Shown here in pieces: positions 48,387 through 58,475 of a stretch of DNA of 64,000 nucleotides; position 1 is the stretch's first letter; each line of letters starts with the position of its first letter. This DNA is from Clostridia bacterium. GTDB taxonomy: Bacteria > Bacillota > Clostridia > UBA1212 > DUPL01. A program made the position numbers and the translations under genes. The notes beneath the pieces are model-generated. The model was not told where the DNA came from, did not search any database, and saw only the letters and a list, made by a program, of their open reading frames with translations. The stretch is taken from positions 1 through 64,000 of the forward strand of contig JBMNIW010000008.1 in the NCBI GenBank assembly GCA_050951325.1. Direction: 5' to 3'.

Positions 48387-49369
48387 TACTCGCCTCGTTT
48401 ACTCTTCCCTTTTCCATTCTCATAAACTTCATACGCCTTGATTATCCTCTGAACAAGTTCGTGTCTTACCACGTCTTTTTCAGTAAGATTTACAAACTCA
48501 ATGCCATCTATACCTTGCAGTATCCTGTGAGCACTCTTCAAACCGGACTTCTTGTCCTTTGGAAGATCGATTTGAGTTACATCTCCCGTAACCACCGCTT
48601 TTGAGCCGTAGCCAATTCTGGTAAGGAACATTTTAAGCTGCTCCTGGGTGGTATTCTGAGCCTCGTCAAGGATAATAAAGGAATCATCCAGGGTGCGTCC
48701 TCTCATATATGCAAGGGGGGCCACCTCAATCGCGCCCTTTTCAAAATTCTTGGAATAGCTCTCCATGCCCATTATGTCATAAAGGGCATCATAAAGAGGC
48801 CTGAGATAAGGGTCCACTTTGTTCTGCAAATCTCCAGGTAGAAATCCAAGCTTCTCCCCTGCTTCCACCGCAGGTCTTGTCAGAATTATTCGGGAAACCT
48901 CATGATTCTTGAAAGCCTTGACAGCCATGGCAACTGCAAGATAAGTCTTGCCTGTACCGGCAGGACCTATACCAAAGGTAACAGTACTGTTTTCGATGGC
49001 TTGTACATATTTTTTCTGACCGTTGGTTTTGGCTTTTAGTTGTTTTCCTCTTGCCGTTATAATTATTGCATCCTGGGTATACTGTTTTACCTGGGCAATA
49101 CCGCCTTCCTGCGCCAAGTCGCATAGATACGCTGTCATCTGCTTCGTTATGAGTTCTCCTTCCGAAGACAATTCAAGCATCCTTCTGAGAACGCTTTCGG
49201 CCTTTACAGTCCTGTCCTCATCATCCCCGGTTATGCTTATTTCGTCATTGCGGAGTGAGATCCTTACTGAGAATGCATCTTCTATAACAAGAACGTTTTC
49301 ATCCCTGTTACCGAATATTCCAGAAATATCGTCTCCGTGGGTAGGAGTTATTGTTTTTTCAATCACCAA
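48386..49369 (-). CDS. phoH: PhoH family protein
   Basis: GPAGTGKTYLA, LTRPAVEAGEKLGFLPG, LAYMRGRT, DEAQN. Confidence 0.95.
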   Translation of the reverse strand: MVIEKTITPTHGDDISGIFGNRDENVLVIEDAFSVRISLRNDEISITGDDEDRTVKAESVLRRMLELSSEGELITKQMTAYLCDLAQEGGIAQVKQYTQDAIIITARGKQLKAKTNGQKKYVQAIENSTVTFGIGPAGTGKTYLAVAMAVKAFKNHEVSRIILTRPAVEAGEKLGFLPGDLQNKVDPYLRPLYDALYDIMGMESYSKNFEKGAIEVAPLAYMRGRTLDDSFIILDEAQNTTQEQLKMFLTRIGYGSKAVVTGDVTQIDLPKDKKSGLKSAHRILQGIDGIEFVNLTEKDVVRHELVQRIIKAYEVYENGKGKSKRGE

Positions 49370-50549
49370 CTGCCACCTCTACACCAATGTTCTCTTCACA
49401 TTCACATGCCATATACAGAAACACACCCTCCTCCGTCTTTCTTATTTCAAAAAATGTCTCTAAAATATCGGCATCATCCGGTATCATGTTGTCTATAAGT
49501 TCCATGGCTCTGAGCCGGGTTGCCTCAAGTGCCTCCTCATAGCTCAATATTACTGTTTCCTTCCTAGTTTCCATTATCTTCGTCTTAACTATTCCCATGG
49601 GCATCTCTTTTCCGCTGGGCAGAGTGAGATATTGCTCAAAAGTTACACTGCTGTAGCTGTCGTAAGGATTTTTTTTGCCGGGAAGTCCTATGTTTATCCC
49701 AAAAAAGTTTATTGTCGTCAATGTCTTTTCCTTACCAGTTGCCACAATCCTTTCATGCTGCGTTTCTATTGGTATTTCAACGGAATGCCAGACAATACCC
49801 TTTACTATTCCTCTTGCATGAACGGGTCTTTTGTGCTCCTTTCCTTCCTCATCCATCTGCACAACCCATCCTGCAATCAGTTTCTGTCCTTTTGTGACGG
49901 TGGTGTCTATTGTAACGAGAGCGGTGCCTTGTTCGGGTACAATCTTGCTTACTACTGCATCTTTTTTTGCCACCACGTCACAATGCACATCATCCGGAAC
50001 CGTACCTTTGTCATTGTACTCCTGCCTTTTTGCCAGCGTTATTTCAAGCACGATTCCCCTTTTTCTTACCCCCACCCAGGCAATCCCCGGCTGGTTGTCC
50101 ATAAGCGTGTCTGCCAGCTCGCTGTTGTCTATATTATGCATGAACACACCAGGTCTTATTCCCATGCTGGATAGGACAAGCCTTGTGCGCATTTCCTCAA
50201 TGGGGGTAGCTCCCTCAATCCTTATACTCCATAGCATGGAGCAAAGCAACATTGTCAATATAATGCCAACGGCAAATGAAGCGGCCAGGACTTTTCTTTT
50301 TCTATACCTGTAAAGTTTAATAATCAGGCCTTTTTTCTCAAGAATCCTGACTTTGCACCTTGCCTTAAAAGCTACAGGTCTTATCCTTTTCCTGAAATCA
50401 GTTGAACTGACACACATTACAATGGTATCTTTGTCAATTCTTTTGATTCCCCACAGCTTTATATTCCTTCTGGCACAAATGTTTACAAATCTCTCAGGCT
50501 TCAAACCTGATACTGATATAATAACATAAGATAGAATATTATACCACAT
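49359..50549 (-). CDS. yqfD: Sporulation protein YqfD (stage IV)
   Basis: PERFVNIC, LWSIRIEG, IAWVGV, DVVAKKDAVV, VTKGQKLIAG; start 50549 chosen from RBS; lies between yqfC and phoH. Confidence 0.88.
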   Translation of the reverse strand: MWYNILSYVIISVSGLKPERFVNICARRNIKLWGIKRIDKDTIVMCVSSTDFRKRIRPVAFKARCKVRILEKKGLIIKLYRYRKRKVLAASFAVGIILTMLLCSMLWSIRIEGATPIEEMRTRLVLSSMGIRPGVFMHNIDNSELADTLMDNQPGIAWVGVRKRGIVLEITLAKRQEYNDKGTVPDDVHCDVVAKKDAVVSKIVPEQGTALVTIDTTVTKGQKLIAGWVVQMDEEGKEHKRPVHARGIVKGIVWHSVEIPIETQHERIVATGKEKTLTTINFFGINIGLPGKKNPYDSYSSVTFEQYLTLPSGKEMPMGIVKTKIMETRKETVILSYEEALEATRLRAMELIDNMIPDDADILETFFEIRKTEEGVFLYMACECEENIGVEVAVGD

Positions 50550-50560
50550 AATCTTTCCTC

Positions 50561-50806
50561 TTAAACGTATGATATACTGGCAATTCTGCCTTCTATGCGA
50601 AGACATTCCGCATTGATTTCTTTAATATAGAGTTCCGCACCTTGAATCAACACAATCCCAAGCTTTGTATTAATTAAAACACTATTTGTATCGCACTCCT
50701 TCAGGCCTTTGTGATTTATTACCCAGGCTGTGTTTTTTCCAACCCAGCGAATTGAAGGAGTATCTGTAATTACATCTGAAGGAAAACCAAAAATCTCACT
50801 CTTCAC
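50561..50806 (-). CDS. yqfC: YabP/YqfC family sporulation protein
   Basis: P.DV....P.I...G.....INHKG...; directly upstream of yqfD. Confidence 0.8.
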   Translation of the reverse strand: MKSEIFGFPSDVITDTPSIRWVGKNTAWVINHKGLKECDTNSVLINTKLGIVLIQGAELYIKEINAECLRIEGRIASISYV

Positions 50807-50812
50807 TAAAAG

Positions 50813-51661
50813 CTACCTCCCCACGGACACGTTCATCAGCTCATCAGGGGTTCCAAACGTGTATCCCTGCTGCTTTATATCCTTGATAACCCTGTCAAGA
50901 GCATCTGCATTGTCCTTTGATACGGCATGAAGAAGCAGAACCGCCCCATTATGAACATGATCCATTATCATCTTGTAGGCATGATCCGCTCCCTTCTGTT
51001 TGTCAACAAGCCAATCCCGATACGCAAAACTCCATAGTATGCAGGTATGGTTCAAATCTTTGGCAATCTTAAGGGTCTTTTCATCATATTCACCCCTGGG
51101 TGGTCTCAACATCCTCATATGCTTTCCATATTTCTCATAAAACACCCGGTCCAGCTCCAGTATTTCCTTTTCGACTATAGTGGCTGACTTGGTAGGCAGA
51201 GAATAATGATTGACTGTGTGGTTTCCCACCTCGTGACCTTCCTCCACCATCCTGCGGATAAGTTCCGGGTTTTTATCCAGGTAGGGTCCTGTAACGAAAA
51301 ACACCGCCTTTACATCATTGTCCCTAAGAACATTCAATATCTTCTCGGTATACCCTTGCTCATATCCTTCGTCAAAGGTAAGGTATATCTTTTTTTCCGA
51401 TGTGTCTCCTATGTATTTGCCCCCATATTTATGCAACATTGTAACTTCCTTTGTACCGACCTCCGGCGGTTTTCCGTCCTTGTTCCGCTTGAGTCCCCAT
51501 CTGTACACCATATTTCCATTTACCATAATACTGTTTCCAGTCTCTATCTCGTTTACGTACACTGCGTATTCTTTTTTTGTCCTGTTGAAATGTAGTATCA
51601 AAGGAAAGGAAAGTATGGTAAGAAGCAGTATTACAGGTGCAATAATCCTCATTTTATGCAC
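50813..51661 (-). CDS. pdaA: Polysaccharide deacetylase, PdaA-like (spore cortex muramic delta-lactam)
   Basis: IYLTFDEGYEQG, VGNHTVNH, RPPRG, WSFAYRDW, LLHAVSKDNA; GTG start at 51661 after GGAGG. Confidence 0.85.
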   Translation of the reverse strand: MHKMRIIAPVILLLTILSFPLILHFNRTKKEYAVYVNEIETGNSIMVNGNMVYRWGLKRNKDGKPPEVGTKEVTMLHKYGGKYIGDTSEKKIYLTFDEGYEQGYTEKILNVLRDNDVKAVFFVTGPYLDKNPELIRRMVEEGHEVGNHTVNHYSLPTKSATIVEKEILELDRVFYEKYGKHMRMLRPPRGEYDEKTLKIAKDLNHTCILWSFAYRDWLVDKQKGADHAYKMIMDHVHNGAVLLLHAVSKDNADALDRVIKDIKQQGYTFGTPDELMNVSVGR

Positions 51662-51714
51662 AAAAAAACCTCCCTTTTGCATACATGTCTCTGTAAAGAT
51701 ATGCAAAAAGGAGG
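51662..51714 (-). terminator. Long hairpin terminator downstream of the DUF881 genes, overlapping the pdaA RBS
   Basis: 15-nt arms 51669-51683 and 51700-51714 (one mismatch) followed by T7 on the minus strand. Confidence 0.7.
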
Positions 51715-51735
51715 CAATTTATTCTATATCACACT

Positions 51736-52485
51736 CTATTCTTCAACAGGAGTCAGCTTGTTTGTGTACCTTTCCATTTTCTCAAAATCGTAGGCATCCA
51801 GTATGAGGGTATCTCTAGGCGTTATTGTAACTGTTCCATAACCACTGATGTGATCTATCAGTCCTCTAGCAGTTGAGAGTATGCCCAAAAGGTTGTTCTG
51901 GTCCCCTATGGCTGCAATGTGGATGGGCTGGCCGTAAACCTGACCGTCTATGACCAGTGATGTGGCGACCACCCTTATCTCGCTCATAGCCCCGATTCTT
52001 ACTCCGTTTATTGCAATAGCCTGTGCAGTGGATGCCTTTAGCTCGTTTATGAGCATAAGTAGTACGGCAGGTAATTCTCCCAACGTAGAAGGATCTGTCA
52101 GCTCTATGAGTATCTCTATCCCTGACCCTTTTACCTTTGTCAACCCTGCAAAAAGCTTTATATTCTTCAACTCTTTCTCCAGGTGCTCAATCTGCTGTTG
52201 ATAGCTTCCGTGCTCGAACAGGTCAACCTTTTTCTGCAATTCCGCTTTTTCCTGGGTCAGTTTGTCCACCTCTTCCTGCAGCTTGATAAGCTCCTTCTGA
52301 TATTCATACAAAGAGTTGTAGGACCTTTCCTCTGTTGCCTTGATTTCCCTTATGTTCTTGTACTGCATTGCAATCAGGATTCCAAGAACGAAGCATACAA
52401 AAGTGATGGCAGATGTTCTTACCACTTTTGCTCTTCTTATTCTCTTGTTCATTCTTTTATCTTCCTGCAAAATGTTTTCACTCAT
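51736..52485 (-). CDS. DUF881 domain membrane protein
   Basis: TM, coiled coil, AGLTKVKGSGI, INELKAS.AQAIAINGVRI. Confidence 0.85.
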   Translation of the reverse strand: MSENILQEDKRMNKRIRRAKVVRTSAITFVCFVLGILIAMQYKNIREIKATEERSYNSLYEYQKELIKLQEEVDKLTQEKAELQKKVDLFEHGSYQQQIEHLEKELKNIKLFAGLTKVKGSGIEILIELTDPSTLGELPAVLLMLINELKASTAQAIAINGVRIGAMSEIRVVATSLVIDGQVYGQPIHIAAIGDQNNLLGILSTARGLIDHISGYGTVTITPRDTLILDAYDFEKMERYTNKLTPVEE

Positions 52486-52497
52486 TTTAATCCCTCT

Positions 52498-53229
52498 TTA
52501 CTCTGTTTCTGCCAGGTGCCTGATTTTCTTGTAATAATCGTCATTATACTTGCGAATATATATTTCGTCATAGCGCCTTATGTCGATTCTAATATTTCTA
52601 GACTCAATATCTCCGTATATGAAGCTTTCATTTACTCTTCTTTCCAGCACCGAAGGCTCCCCTATTGCCTTGATTACATACGGAGCAAACACTCCTTCGT
52701 CATTCACCCTTATGGACGGACCAATACACAGAAACTCTGTGCTGGTAACCACTCTTTTGCCGTTTACTTCTATTGCCTGGGCCCCTGCAGCTCTTAGCTC
52801 ATTTACAAGTTCATACAGAAAGTTATCGTGAACTATCATATCGTATTCACCATCATCCATTCTTATCTCTATACCAGGACCCTTTACATCCGTAAGGCCG
52901 GCATACAGCTTGAATTCCTGGATACTGTCATTCAGATGCTTCAATCTGTTGTAAAATACAGGTTCATTCTGCTCCAGGTTTTTAAGATAAATAGCATACC
53001 TGCCCTTTAATGTGGTAATGTCACTTGTAAGGGATTGTACTTCTTCCTTCAACTCGTTTATCTTTTCAAGATATTCGTTAAGTTCCTTCTGCTTTCCCGC
53101 TTCTTCCTGCTGCCTGTTTTCATATACTGCCCTTGCCTGCATGGAAAGAACTGCTCCAAGAAGCAGCATGCAAGCCATGACTATTATCTTTTCCTTAACA
53201 GTTAATTTTTGTTTAAAAAAAGAGAACAT
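52498..53229 (-). CDS. DUF881 domain membrane protein
   Basis: TM, coiled coil, AGLTDVKGPGI, IVHD, VNELRAAGAQAIEVNGKR, PYVIKAIG. Confidence 0.88.
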   Translation of the reverse strand: MFSFFKQKLTVKEKIIVMACMLLLGAVLSMQARAVYENRQQEEAGKQKELNEYLEKINELKEEVQSLTSDITTLKGRYAIYLKNLEQNEPVFYNRLKHLNDSIQEFKLYAGLTDVKGPGIEIRMDDGEYDMIVHDNFLYELVNELRAAGAQAIEVNGKRVVTSTEFLCIGPSIRVNDEGVFAPYVIKAIGEPSVLERRVNESFIYGDIESRNIRIDIRRYDEIYIRKYNDDYYKKIRHLAETE

Positions 53230-53291
53230 AATAAGCAACCCCTTCTAGAACACAATTATATCACAACGGGCTGTAAACGAAAAGGAGCAAT

Positions 53292-53320
53292 TTGATTTTT
53301 ATCTGCTGTTGGTATATAAT
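53292..53320 (+). promoter_or_regulatory. Putative sigma-A promoter of htpG
   Basis: TTGATT-N17-TATAAT. Confidence 0.65.
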
Positions 53321-53355
53321 TCCCTTTTGAAAGTATATCAGCAAGGAGGATAAGA

Positions 53356-55245
53356 ATGGAAGCAAAGAGTGGTTATGTATCAATAAGCACTGAGAATATA
53401 TTTCCGATTATTAAGAAGTGGCTTTATTCGGAAAAGGACATTTTCATCAGGGAAATCGTTTCAAACGCATGTGACGCAATAAACAAAATGAAGAAGCTGG
53501 TTTCCATAGGTGAAGTGGATCTACCTAATGAGGAAATGAACTGGAAAATAGAGGTCTGGCTGGACAAGAAAAAGAAAACCATTACCGTTTATGACAACGG
53601 CATCGGCATGACCGAAGAAGAGGTCCTAAAGTATATCAACCAGATTGCTTTTTCCGGTGTAAAAGATTTTGTTGAGAAATATGAAGGGAAAACTGACGAA
53701 TCACAAATCATAGGACATTTCGGTCTTGGTTTCTACTCCTCCTTTATGGTGTCCAAAAAGGTTGAAATAGACACCATGTCCTGGGCAGAAGGCGCAGAAC
53801 CAATCCATTGGGAAAGCAATACAGGAATGGACTATTCAATAAGTCCGTCCAAGAAAATCAACAAGCGCGGAACATACGTAACAATGCACATAGCAGACGA
53901 CGGCAAGGAGTTTCTCGATGAGTTCAAACTGAGGGAAACACTGAAAAAATATTTCTCTTTCCTGCCTGTCGACCTGTGTTTGATTGATGCTAACGAAAAG
54001 AAGAAAGACAAAAAGGAAGAAACGGAAGAGGACAAGCCAACTACAATAAATGACCCAAATCCTCTTTGGTTGAAGAATCCAAGCGACTGCACCGACGAGG
54101 AATACAAAGAGTTTTACAGAAAGGTGTTTCTGGACTTCAACGATCCCCTCTTTTGGATTCACCTCAACATGGATTATCCATACAACCTAAAAGGCATCCT
54201 CTACTTCCCAAAACTCAAGCTTCCTTATGACAGCCTTGAGGGAACAATTAAAATTTTCTACAATCAGGTCTTTGTTGCGGATAATATAAAGGAACTGATT
54301 CCTGAGTTTCTCATGCTTCTTAAGGGTGTAATCGATTGTCCTGATCTGCCGCTTAACGTATCAAGAAGCTTTTTGCAGGACGACGATTGCGTCAAGACGA
54401 TAAACTCCCACATTACAAAGAAGGTGGCGGACAAAATCAACGGCTTGTACAAAACCGAAAGAGAGTCCTACGAAAAATATTGGGAAGACATCAACCCGTT
54501 TATAAAGTTTGGATGCCTGAAGGATGATAAATTCCACGATAGGGTCAAAAAATCCATAATCTACAAGACTACCGACAACGTATTTCTAACCGAAGAGGAA
54601 TACCTCGACAGTATTAAAGACAAGGTTGACAAAGCCTTCTACTATGTGGACAATGTAGCCCAGCAGTCCCAATACGTAAAAATGTTCAATGACAGCGGAA
54701 TCAAAGTCTTTGTAATGGACGGACCTATTGACGTTCCATTCATGCAGATGATTGAGGTGAAAAGCAAAGAGAAGGTCAGGTTTGTCAGGGTTGACTCGGA
54801 TGTGGCCAACGCCCTTAAATCAGACTCTGACAAATCAAGAGAGGAACTGGACAGCATTGGTACATCACTGGAAGAACACTTTAAGATGGCGTCCAACAAC
54901 GAGAAGTTGAAAATTAAGGTGGAGAATCTAAAAAGCAATATACCTGCAATTCTGACTCTTTCAGAAGAAGGAAGACGCATGCAGGAAATGATGCAAATGT
55001 ATGGTGCCATGTCCATGCCAATGGACGAAGACATGACCTTGGTTCTCAATGCGGAGAATCCTGTAATCGAACATCTTTACGCAATAAAGGATGATGAAAC
55101 CAAAAAAGATGATTTGGAACTTCTCTGCGGACAGATTTACGACCTTGCCCTGCTCGCCCACAAACCTCTAGAGGCGGAGGACATGACAAGATTTATTGAA
55201 AGAACAAGCAAAATACTTGCAATGGTATCAAAAAAAGAGGCCTAG
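53356..55245 (+). CDS. htpG: Molecular chaperone HtpG (Hsp90)
   Basis: LYSEKDIFIREIVSNACDA, DNGIGMT, IGHFGLGFYS, DLPLNVSRS. Confidence 0.96.
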   Translation: MEAKSGYVSISTENIFPIIKKWLYSEKDIFIREIVSNACDAINKMKKLVSIGEVDLPNEEMNWKIEVWLDKKKKTITVYDNGIGMTEEEVLKYINQIAFSGVKDFVEKYEGKTDESQIIGHFGLGFYSSFMVSKKVEIDTMSWAEGAEPIHWESNTGMDYSISPSKKINKRGTYVTMHIADDGKEFLDEFKLRETLKKYFSFLPVDLCLIDANEKKKDKKEETEEDKPTTINDPNPLWLKNPSDCTDEEYKEFYRKVFLDFNDPLFWIHLNMDYPYNLKGILYFPKLKLPYDSLEGTIKIFYNQVFVADNIKELIPEFLMLLKGVIDCPDLPLNVSRSFLQDDDCVKTINSHITKKVADKINGLYKTERESYEKYWEDINPFIKFGCLKDDKFHDRVKKSIIYKTTDNVFLTEEEYLDSIKDKVDKAFYYVDNVAQQSQYVKMFNDSGIKVFVMDGPIDVPFMQMIEVKSKEKVRFVRVDSDVANALKSDSDKSREELDSIGTSLEEHFKMASNNEKLKIKVENLKSNIPAILTLSEEGRRMQEMMQMYGAMSMPMDEDMTLVLNAENPVIEHLYAIKDDETKKDDLELLCGQIYDLALLAHKPLEAEDMTRFIERTSKILAMVSKKEA

Positions 55246-55258
55246 GCCTCTTTTTTTT
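55231..55258. terminator. Bidirectional terminator between htpG and mscL
   Basis: AAAAAAGAGGCCTAGGCCTCTTTTTT perfect palindrome. Confidence 0.85.
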
Positions 55259-55790
55259 ACTCCTGTTTTTCCTCTGTCAGTATGCTGGTACAGTTCGGAC
55301 ACCTTGATGCCCTTATACTGATCTCTGAAGTACAGTAAGGACATTCTTTAGTGGTAGGAGGTGGCGGGGGCTCTTGTGCAGCCTGTGCTTCTTCCTCCTT
55401 CATCTCTCTTTCCTTTACCATCTGAATCGCATGCTCAAGTCTTTCCTTGCTCCTGTTTATAAGCCTTACGGCTATGTAAACAGAAATTGCGATAATGAAA
55501 AAGTCAATTACATTCTGAAAGAAAATCCCGTAATTCATTGTGGGAAAGCCTGCCTCGGCAGCAGCTTGTGCTGTTTCAAAGACCTGACCTTTCGTATTGC
55601 CAAGAACAAGGAACTTGTCCTTGATGGGAGTTCCTTCTTTGGTTATTAGGCTTATGAGAGGTGTAATAATATCAGCTACAAAAGAAGAAACAATCTTGCT
55701 GAAAGCAGCACCGATAACAACACCTATCGCCATATCAAACACATTGCCCTTAAAAGCAAATTTCTTAAAATCAGAAATTATATTCTTCAA
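55257..55790 (-). CDS. mscL: Large-conductance mechanosensitive channel with C-terminal zinc ribbon
   Basis: FKKFAFKGNVFDMAIGVVIGAAF, YGIFFQNVIDFFIIA; tail CPYC..CPNC. Confidence 0.93.
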   Translation of the reverse strand: MKNIISDFKKFAFKGNVFDMAIGVVIGAAFSKIVSSFVADIITPLISLITKEGTPIKDKFLVLGNTKGQVFETAQAAAEAGFPTMNYGIFFQNVIDFFIIAISVYIAVRLINRSKERLEHAIQMVKEREMKEEEAQAAQEPPPPPTTKECPYCTSEISIRASRCPNCTSILTEEKQE

Positions 55791-55808
55791 TCAAAACCCT
55801 TCTTTACC

Positions 55809-56363
55809 CTATTTTATAATCACTGCCAAGAATCTGGCTTGTTTTCCGTCCAAAGCCTTCATTCCATGAGGAGTCAAAGAGTTGTAATAGACGGAATCCC
55901 CTGGCTCCAGAATAATTTCATTTCCACCAATGGATATAAGTAGTCTTCCCTCAACACAGTAGTTGAACTCCTGTCCGTCATGGGAATTCAAATGAATTCC
56001 GTTGTTTTCGTTACTCTCAACTGTAACAAGGAAAGGTTCAGCTTTTTTATTCGCAAAATTGTATGCAAGATGCTGATACTCATAATATCTTCGTCTTTCA
56101 ACACTTTGTCCCCTGCCCTTTTTAATAAAACTGTAGGTGCTGAGCATGGGTGTTCCCCCAGACAAAAGATCTGTCAAATCTATATTGCAGTGTTTGGCAA
56201 AATCCAACAAAAAGCCCATTGGAATATCGGTTTCTCCATTTTCATAGGACTCATACTTTGCCGACTCAACATTCAAAGCTTTCGAGATGTCTTCCACACT
56301 CATCTCGAGTATTTCACGCATTTCTTTCATTCTTTGGGCAATTTCTTTAATATGCTCATTCAT
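55809..56363 (-). CDS. XRE-family HTH + cupin transcriptional regulator
   Basis: YESYENGETDIP HTH; HDGQEFNY..EG, PGDSVYY..PHG cupin. Confidence 0.88.
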   Translation of the reverse strand: MNEHIKEIAQRMKEMREILEMSVEDISKALNVESAKYESYENGETDIPMGFLLDFAKHCNIDLTDLLSGGTPMLSTYSFIKKGRGQSVERRRYYEYQHLAYNFANKKAEPFLVTVESNENNGIHLNSHDGQEFNYCVEGRLLISIGGNEIILEPGDSVYYNSLTPHGMKALDGKQARFLAVIIK

Positions 56364-56410
56364 GATTTTCACTTCCTTGCTTTTGAATATATGATACCAG
56401 AATCACTTTA

Positions 56411-58408
56411 TCAGGTCAACGGCCTGTACTGCATGATAAAGTCAAGATAATCAGGCAGCTTTACTTCCTCAACCACCCTTTTCAGTACCTCTTTGTACTT
56501 TTCTTCACCAATTCCTTCATCATGCATTATCTTTCTTGCATGTAGCTTGTACCATTGATTTGACAAAAGCTCTTCTCCTTCCTTTAAATCTGCCGGAACA
56601 ATATCTTCACTAAACATCTTTTCAGCCTTGTCAAACTCGTTAACACCAATCAAAGAATCAATGCAAGCAAGCCTCACCCTCGGATGACCAGTGATGCTTT
56701 CATCCAAAGAATAAACTACTTTCAAAGCCTTTTCATATAATCCTTTTTTGTTGCACATGTTCAAACAATCAACAACTATGCGCACATCAATTTTTGTCAT
56801 GCCTGTCAGCATCCCAAGAGCCTTGTCCATATACTCCACATTGTTCTCCAATATTCCAAGACACCAATAACTCCATATATTTGGCTTTAGATCAATGGAC
56901 TTTTGGAAGCATTCCAAAGCGCCATCCAAATCCTCATTAGCCGCCTTCATGACACCAAGATGATATAACGCATGCCAGTTAAAACTCTTAGGATTCTCCT
57001 TTGTAGATTTCTCAAGCAGGTTCATCCACTCAACCTGGGTTACATACTTTGCAGGTTCTTCATTTACCGGGAACTCCTCAAACACATTTTCCTCAAGAAG
57101 CCTGAGCCAGATTTCCTGTTCCTTCCCAATATTATCAAACACAAGACCATGCAAAACCTTTCCTCTTTCCCTTCTCTTAAGTTCCAAAGCTCCCCATCCG
57201 CTGCCTTCATACACCAATTCCACATTGTCAATACTAAAACTCTCATGTATCTCATCAAGATTCTTTCTTGGAAGCCTCTTTTCAAGTTCCTCTCCCACAC
57301 ATTTGTACACCTTTGTCCAATCATCACCATGGACAATATCCTTATCAGCTTCCAAATATCCGTAAGCTTCAGTCCAGTTCCAGACCGAATTTCCTTCCAT
57401 TGGGGTTCTCTGCTGCTGCATATGGGCACATCCAGCTTGAATCTCACAGTACGAACTGCCCTTCACAGACAAAAATTCCTGCCATCGTCTGCCTCCTCTC
57501 GAATCTCCCCAATTGAAAAGCTTTCTCCCAAGCAGTCTGTCCGTGGAAGTATGTACCAGTCCCTTCCCATCACCGTCCAGAGCGCATATCCATTTTCTCT
57601 CTTCTTTTGGAATATCAAAGAACTGGTCAAACGCATAAGGTATTCTTGCCGGATAGCTTCTGTCCTGTTCTCCAAGCATGGGAACCGGATCCTTTCCAAA
57701 GCTTCCGTCTGCATACTGAACATACGCTTTCTCACAAGGCACAATGATTCTTGTTTTCTCTGTCTCATCCACTGCTATATTCGACCACCAATACATTGGA
57801 ACCGTTTCCTCATTGTCGTTTATAACTGTAATACGTACGAACAGAAATCTTGACTTTTCAGGCAGATACGCATCTATGGAATATGCAAGTTTTCTAATCC
57901 TTTCCCACTCATACATTCTTAAAAACTTGGTACCGTCCTTCATTGTCCCTACAGCGGTAAACAAAGGGGAAACGGTAAAAGGAGTATGCCCCGTCATCCC
58001 AATATTAAACTCCACTCCACCTGAAAACCAGGCATTCCTGAGCGCAAGATTTGCAGGTTGAAACACGGGATTTCTATGAACCAGATCTCTCTTGTTTTCC
58101 TTGTCGTACAATGAATACAATCTTCCACCCAGTTCTGGCAAAAACGTCGCTCTCAAATATTCGTTTTCAAGAACACAAGCTTTAAATGCCCTTGTCTTCA
58201 TAGCCCTGTCATAGTCATCCTGAATACAATAGGGAAGTATTGATTTAATTCTTCCGTAATAAAAATACTCTTTTTCATCCTCGCGGATTTCATCACTGAA
58301 TTTGATTTCTCCCAATCTCTGCCTTAATCCTTTGATATCGGGTAATGGATTTTCTCCATGCAGTCCAGCTGCAGGTATTTTTAGTTCTTCAAACCTAATT
58401 TCCGTCAT
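56411..58408 (-). CDS. DUF5107-like protein with C-terminal TPR-like region
   Basis: LENEYLRATFLPELGGRLYS, NPVFQPANLALRNAWFSGGVEFN, YWWSNIAV, GRKLFNWG, EIQAG. Confidence 0.8.
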   Translation of the reverse strand: MTEIRFEELKIPAAGLHGENPLPDIKGLRQRLGEIKFSDEIREDEKEYFYYGRIKSILPYCIQDDYDRAMKTRAFKACVLENEYLRATFLPELGGRLYSLYDKENKRDLVHRNPVFQPANLALRNAWFSGGVEFNIGMTGHTPFTVSPLFTAVGTMKDGTKFLRMYEWERIRKLAYSIDAYLPEKSRFLFVRITVINDNEETVPMYWWSNIAVDETEKTRIIVPCEKAYVQYADGSFGKDPVPMLGEQDRSYPARIPYAFDQFFDIPKEERKWICALDGDGKGLVHTSTDRLLGRKLFNWGDSRGGRRWQEFLSVKGSSYCEIQAGCAHMQQQRTPMEGNSVWNWTEAYGYLEADKDIVHGDDWTKVYKCVGEELEKRLPRKNLDEIHESFSIDNVELVYEGSGWGALELKRRERGKVLHGLVFDNIGKEQEIWLRLLEENVFEEFPVNEEPAKYVTQVEWMNLLEKSTKENPKSFNWHALYHLGVMKAANEDLDGALECFQKSIDLKPNIWSYWCLGILENNVEYMDKALGMLTGMTKIDVRIVVDCLNMCNKKGLYEKALKVVYSLDESITGHPRVRLACIDSLIGVNEFDKAEKMFSEDIVPADLKEGEELLSNQWYKLHARKIMHDEGIGEEKYKEVLKRVVEEVKLPDYLDFIMQYRPLT

Positions 58409-58475
58409 AAACAAACCTCCTTGATATTCATCGATTTGATTATACTACATATTTTCGCCCTGTATAGGTTTATTG

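Noticed and set aside
53239-53355. CIRCE or CtsR heat-shock operator upstream of htpG
   Set aside because: No TTAGCACTC-N9-GAGTGCTAA or heptad direct repeat is visible.
56972-57853. Long antisense ORFs (293 aa here; also 43914-44603, 27867-28475, 52183-52797)
   Set aside because: They are shadows of well-supported genes on the opposite strand and have no protein-like motifs.
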